Below, piece by piece: positions 61,243 to 64,000 of a stretch of 64,000 nucleotides of DNA; position 1 is the first letter of the stretch, and each line of letters starts with the position of its first letter. A model generated the notes under the pieces. That model ran no database searches and had not been told where the DNA came from. It was given only the letters and a program-made list of their open reading frames with translations. Source of the stretch: Basidiobolus meristosporus CBS 931.73 (lineage: Eukaryota; Fungi; Basidiobolomycota); NCBI GenBank assembly GCA_002104905.1, contig MCFE01000017.1, forward strand, positions 186,632 through 250,631. Reading direction: 5' to 3'. A program made the translations under genes and the position numbers.

Positions 61243-62012
61243 AAAGAAGCCAAGTTCTACTGGGATATATATTTATAGGGTTATGGGAGGGAAAGTCACC
61301 AAGGTAGGTGAAATCTTTATTTGATTTCAGACAAGTCTTAGGGTTAGGGGGGGAGACAGTCACCAACAGGTGAAATCTTTATTGCAGTTGAAACAAAGAA
61401 GCCAGCGCTACTGTTGTAGCTTTGATACAAGAGTGTGTAGCTGGGGGGAATTTGTAGGTAAGTTAATAAGAAGTGATGATAGTTCTTCAGTGCTCAAGAC
61501 ACTGTTCAGTGGAAAGGGGGGTAGCAAGAGAGGTAAGAATGACTTGTGAACAACTTAGGGTTAGGGGGGAGGAAAGTCACCAAGTGGTGAAATCTTTATT
61601 TACTTATGACAAGTATCTAAAGAAGCCAAGTTAATCTGAAGTTATTCCTAGAAAGCTAGGTCTGAGAGATATCTTTCTGGTAAGCCAGGTCTGAGAGTTG
61701 AGAAGCTGAGTGGTACTATATTTCCTAGTTAGCTAGGTCTGAGAGAGGTTTCCTGGAAAGCCAGGCCTGAGAAGTGAGAATCTGAATATATCTGAGCTAA
61801 TTTATACTGGTTTGCGGTAGCTGAATTGTGGCTGGGATGGCCAGTAGACTGGGGGAACTGAGAGGAATTTCTGGGCAATCACGGGCCAAGATTACTAGGC
61901 AAATTTAGCCAATTAGCATTTCAAGGATTTCAGCCAATCAGAGCCTTTTACATTGGGTAAGGGGGAAGACAGTCACCAACAGGTGAGATCTTTATTTCTT
62001 AGGGTTAGGGTT
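61243..62012 (+). repeat. Composite repeat block of TTAGGG doublets and short palindromes
   Basis: Four copies of TTAGGGTTAGGG-Gn-...AGTCACC-N4/6-GGTGA.ATCTTTATT (61276, 61338, 61555, 61953; first and last have degenerate doublets); four copies of YCTRG-NNAG-CYAGG-YCTGAGA (61647, 61676, 61724, 61752); AAAGAAGCCA three times. Confidence 0.9.
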
Positions 62013-62074
62013 GAGGCGAAGGAGGATAATCGGGACCTGCTAGCGACTAATATTTCAAACCGCAAAGTGACTTA

Positions 62075-62424
62075 TGTTGTAAAAATTCGTATTTTCCACC
62101 TAAATATTCACCTAACTTAGTCACTTAGATCATCATCTTCAAATCCTAGAGAATACTGACCAAATTCCTTGTCGGGATTTACTTAGAATATTTTCACCAA
62201 AATACCAGGTACCCAGAACATGAAAATTCTCAAAGTTGTCCAAACAGCCCCAAACTTTGCACACATGTTCTTGGGACCTTCCTTAACCTATTCTACGTGT
62301 TTGTAATGCCAAGACCATGTAAAAGTATAAATACTACTTTTACATTCAATAAATCATTAAGTGAAAACCACATAATCTACTTGTTCTCCCAATCACTTCC
62401 AATATCTCCAAGACTCTTACAACA
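62075..62424 (+). mobile_element. Copia LTR (350 bp), 5' LTR of unit 1
   Basis: TGTTGTAA...TTACAACA terminal inverted repeats; internal TATAAATA; followed directly by a PBS. Confidence 0.97.
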
Positions 62425-62436
62425 GGTTATGAGCCC
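62425..62436 (+). promoter_or_regulatory. Primer-binding site complementary to the initiator tRNA-Met anticodon stem-loop (Ty5/copia type)
   Basis: GGTTATGAGCCC immediately after the LTR; repeated at 63854. Confidence 0.9.
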
Positions 62437-63511
62437 CGAGCTGTCACTCTCTGCAATGTCTACTACTGCTATTACTGGAATTTTTCCCTCTGCTGAAAAG
62501 TTGGATGGATCTAACTACCAAGTGTGGAAGGTGAAGATGAAGATGCTGCTACAAGAAAGAGGCCTTTGGGATATTGTCATGGGAGAAGAATGCCCTCCTA
62601 AAAACGTGGGAGAGGAAGCCTTGAAGTACCAGAAGAAAGAACAAAGTGCCTTTAACTGCATTTGCCTTAATGTCAAGGACAAATTGCTAATTCAATGCTC
62701 AAGAGCAAAAACGGCAAAGAATGCCTGGAAAGCATTAGAAGACACCTACCAGTCATGTTCAGCTGCCAAGAGAATGTATCTGAGAAGAAAATTCTTTACT
62801 ACAAAGATGCTGCCAGGAGAAGAAATGAAAAATCTAATTAACAGAATTACCCTGCTGGTAGATGAGATGGAATCTGTGGGCGTACCAACTACTGATGAGG
62901 ATGTGATAGTTACCATCCTGAATAGCCTGACAGACAAGTTTCAGGGCCTTGTATCAGCCCTAGAGTCCAGAACTGAAGATTTGACCTTAAATTACGTATA
63001 TGGAAGGCTCCTGGATGAAGAATTAAGAAAATCAAGCGCCAATAAGAAGGAAGAAGAAAATGCTTTAATAAGCAATGATAACCAACAAAGGAGGTACCCA
63101 AGACCCTACAAAGGCAACAGCAACCTATTTTGCAACTACTGCAAAAGGAAAGGACACACATCAGACCGGTGTTTCAAAAAGAGAGATTATCAGCAAAAGA
63201 AGCCTGAATATGGAAATGCTGTAACAACTGAAGATAGACTATTCATATCTGCACTAAATATGACCACAAACAAGGATTCTCAGACGTGGTATATTGACTC
63301 TGGAGCTTCTCAACACTTTACACACCAAAAAGAACTTTTTACCCAATATCAAGAAATTCCAATTAAGAAGGTTTTCATGGGTGACGATAGAACACTTGAT
63401 GCAGTGGGAGAAGGAACTATCCAAGTAAACCTTAGAAGCAGTGAAGGAAGCCATACACTGACCTTTAAAGAAGTACTCTATGTACCAGAAATAGCCAAGA
63501 ACCTGTTGTAA
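62429..63511 (+). CDS. Copia Gag + aspartic protease, ending at the protease boundary (no INT/RT/RNase H)
   Basis: KLDGSNYQVWKVKMKMLL, zinc knuckle CNYCKRKGHTSDRC, WYIDSGASQHF, VLYVPEIAKNLL*; the stop TAA lies inside the next LTR. Start at ATG 62429 or 62456. Confidence 0.92.
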   Translation: MSPELSLSAMSTTAITGIFPSAEKLDGSNYQVWKVKMKMLLQERGLWDIVMGEECPPKNVGEEALKYQKKEQSAFNCICLNVKDKLLIQCSRAKTAKNAWKALEDTYQSCSAAKRMYLRRKFFTTKMLPGEEMKNLINRITLLVDEMESVGVPTTDEDVIVTILNSLTDKFQGLVSALESRTEDLTLNYVYGRLLDEELRKSSANKKEEENALISNDNQQRRYPRPYKGNSNLFCNYCKRKGHTSDRCFKKRDYQQKKPEYGNAVTTEDRLFISALNMTTNKDSQTWYIDSGASQHFTHQKELFTQYQEIPIKKVFMGDDRTLDAVGEGTIQVNLRSSEGSHTLTFKEVLYVPEIAKNLL

Positions 63512-63853
63512 AAATTCGTATTTTCCACCTAAATATTCACCTAACTTAGTCACTTAGATCATCATCTTCAAATCCTAGAGAATACTGACCAAATTCCTTG
63601 TCGGGATTTACTTAGAATATTTTCACCAAAATACCAGGTACCCAGAACATGAAAATTCTCAAAGTTGTCCAAACAGCCCCAAACTTTGCACACATGTTCT
63701 TGGGACCTTCCTTAACCTATTCTACGTGTTTGTAATGCCAAGACCATGTAAAAGTATAAATACTACTTTTACATTCAATAAATCATTAAGTGAAAACCAC
63801 ATAATCTACTTGTTCTCCAAATCACTTCCAATATCTCCAAGACTCTTACAACA
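63504..63853 (+). mobile_element. Copia LTR (350 bp), 5' LTR of unit 2
   Basis: Identical to 62075-62424 except one base I could find (C62390 vs A63819); followed by PBS and gag, not preceded by a polypurine tract. Confidence 0.97.
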
Positions 63854-64000
63854 GGTTATGAGCCCCGAGCTGTCACTCTCTGCAATGTCTACTACTGCTA
63901 TTACTGGAATTTTTCCCTCTGCTGAAAAGTTGGATGGATCTAACTACCAAGTGTGGAAGGTGAAGATGAAGATGCTGCTACAAGAAAGAGGCCTTTGGGA
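63854..64000 (+). mobile_element. PBS and gag start of unit 2, running off the window
   Basis: Matches 62425-62571. Confidence 0.95.

Noticed and set aside
61276-61996. TCACC/GGTGAAA hairpins as hammerhead ribozymes, or the TTAGGG doublet as a telomerase RNA template
   Set aside because: There is no CUGANGA core before the stem, and the motif is multi-copy rather than a single template.
62297-62428. GTG-initiated extension of gag in the ORF track
   Set aside because: It lies inside the LTR, overlapping the LTR's TATA box; the real start is at or after the PBS.
1-64000. tRNA, rRNA or CRISPR arrays
   Set aside because: No GGTTCGANTCC B-box cloverleaf, rRNA signature or regularly spaced repeat-spacer array was seen.

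Overview
Intron-rich eukaryotic DNA from an early-diverging fungus (Zoopagomycota/Mucoromycota-like; inferred from the fungal-type NEW1/eEF3 ABC-F, Mdv1/Caf4-like and CBM19-like genes plus minor-spliceosome features). About 5-40 kb is a dense housekeeping block: sulfite oxidase, NAP/SET, RPL35, RPL15, TatD, RPS10, Pcl cyclin, EB1, Mdv1-like WD40, C2H2 and GATA factors, Irc3-like helicase, MAP2K, prefoldin 6, RPB5, Mtr10, RraA-like aldolase and RBM48. About 40-64 kb is accessory-like: solo Copia LTRs, three tandem expansin-like DPBB+CBM19 genes, NEW1, an NmrA-like gene, a second PHO84 copy and a tandem LTR-gag-protease-LTR structure. Best leads: (i) two textbook U12-type introns (RPB5, Mdv1-like) beside RBM48; (ii) an unexplained ~770-bp block of TTAGGG doublets and co-varying 5-bp/4-nt hairpins just upstream of a Ty5-type (half-tRNA-primed) element whose gag-PR ORF is closed by the next LTR; (iii) ~2-kb inverted PHO84 paralogs ~55 kb apart; (iv) a secreted, putatively chitin-targeted set (AA11 LPMO plus three DPBB proteins) sharing one C-terminal module. 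No tRNA, rRNA or CRISPR array was seen. Exon boundaries and family calls were made by eye, without database searches.
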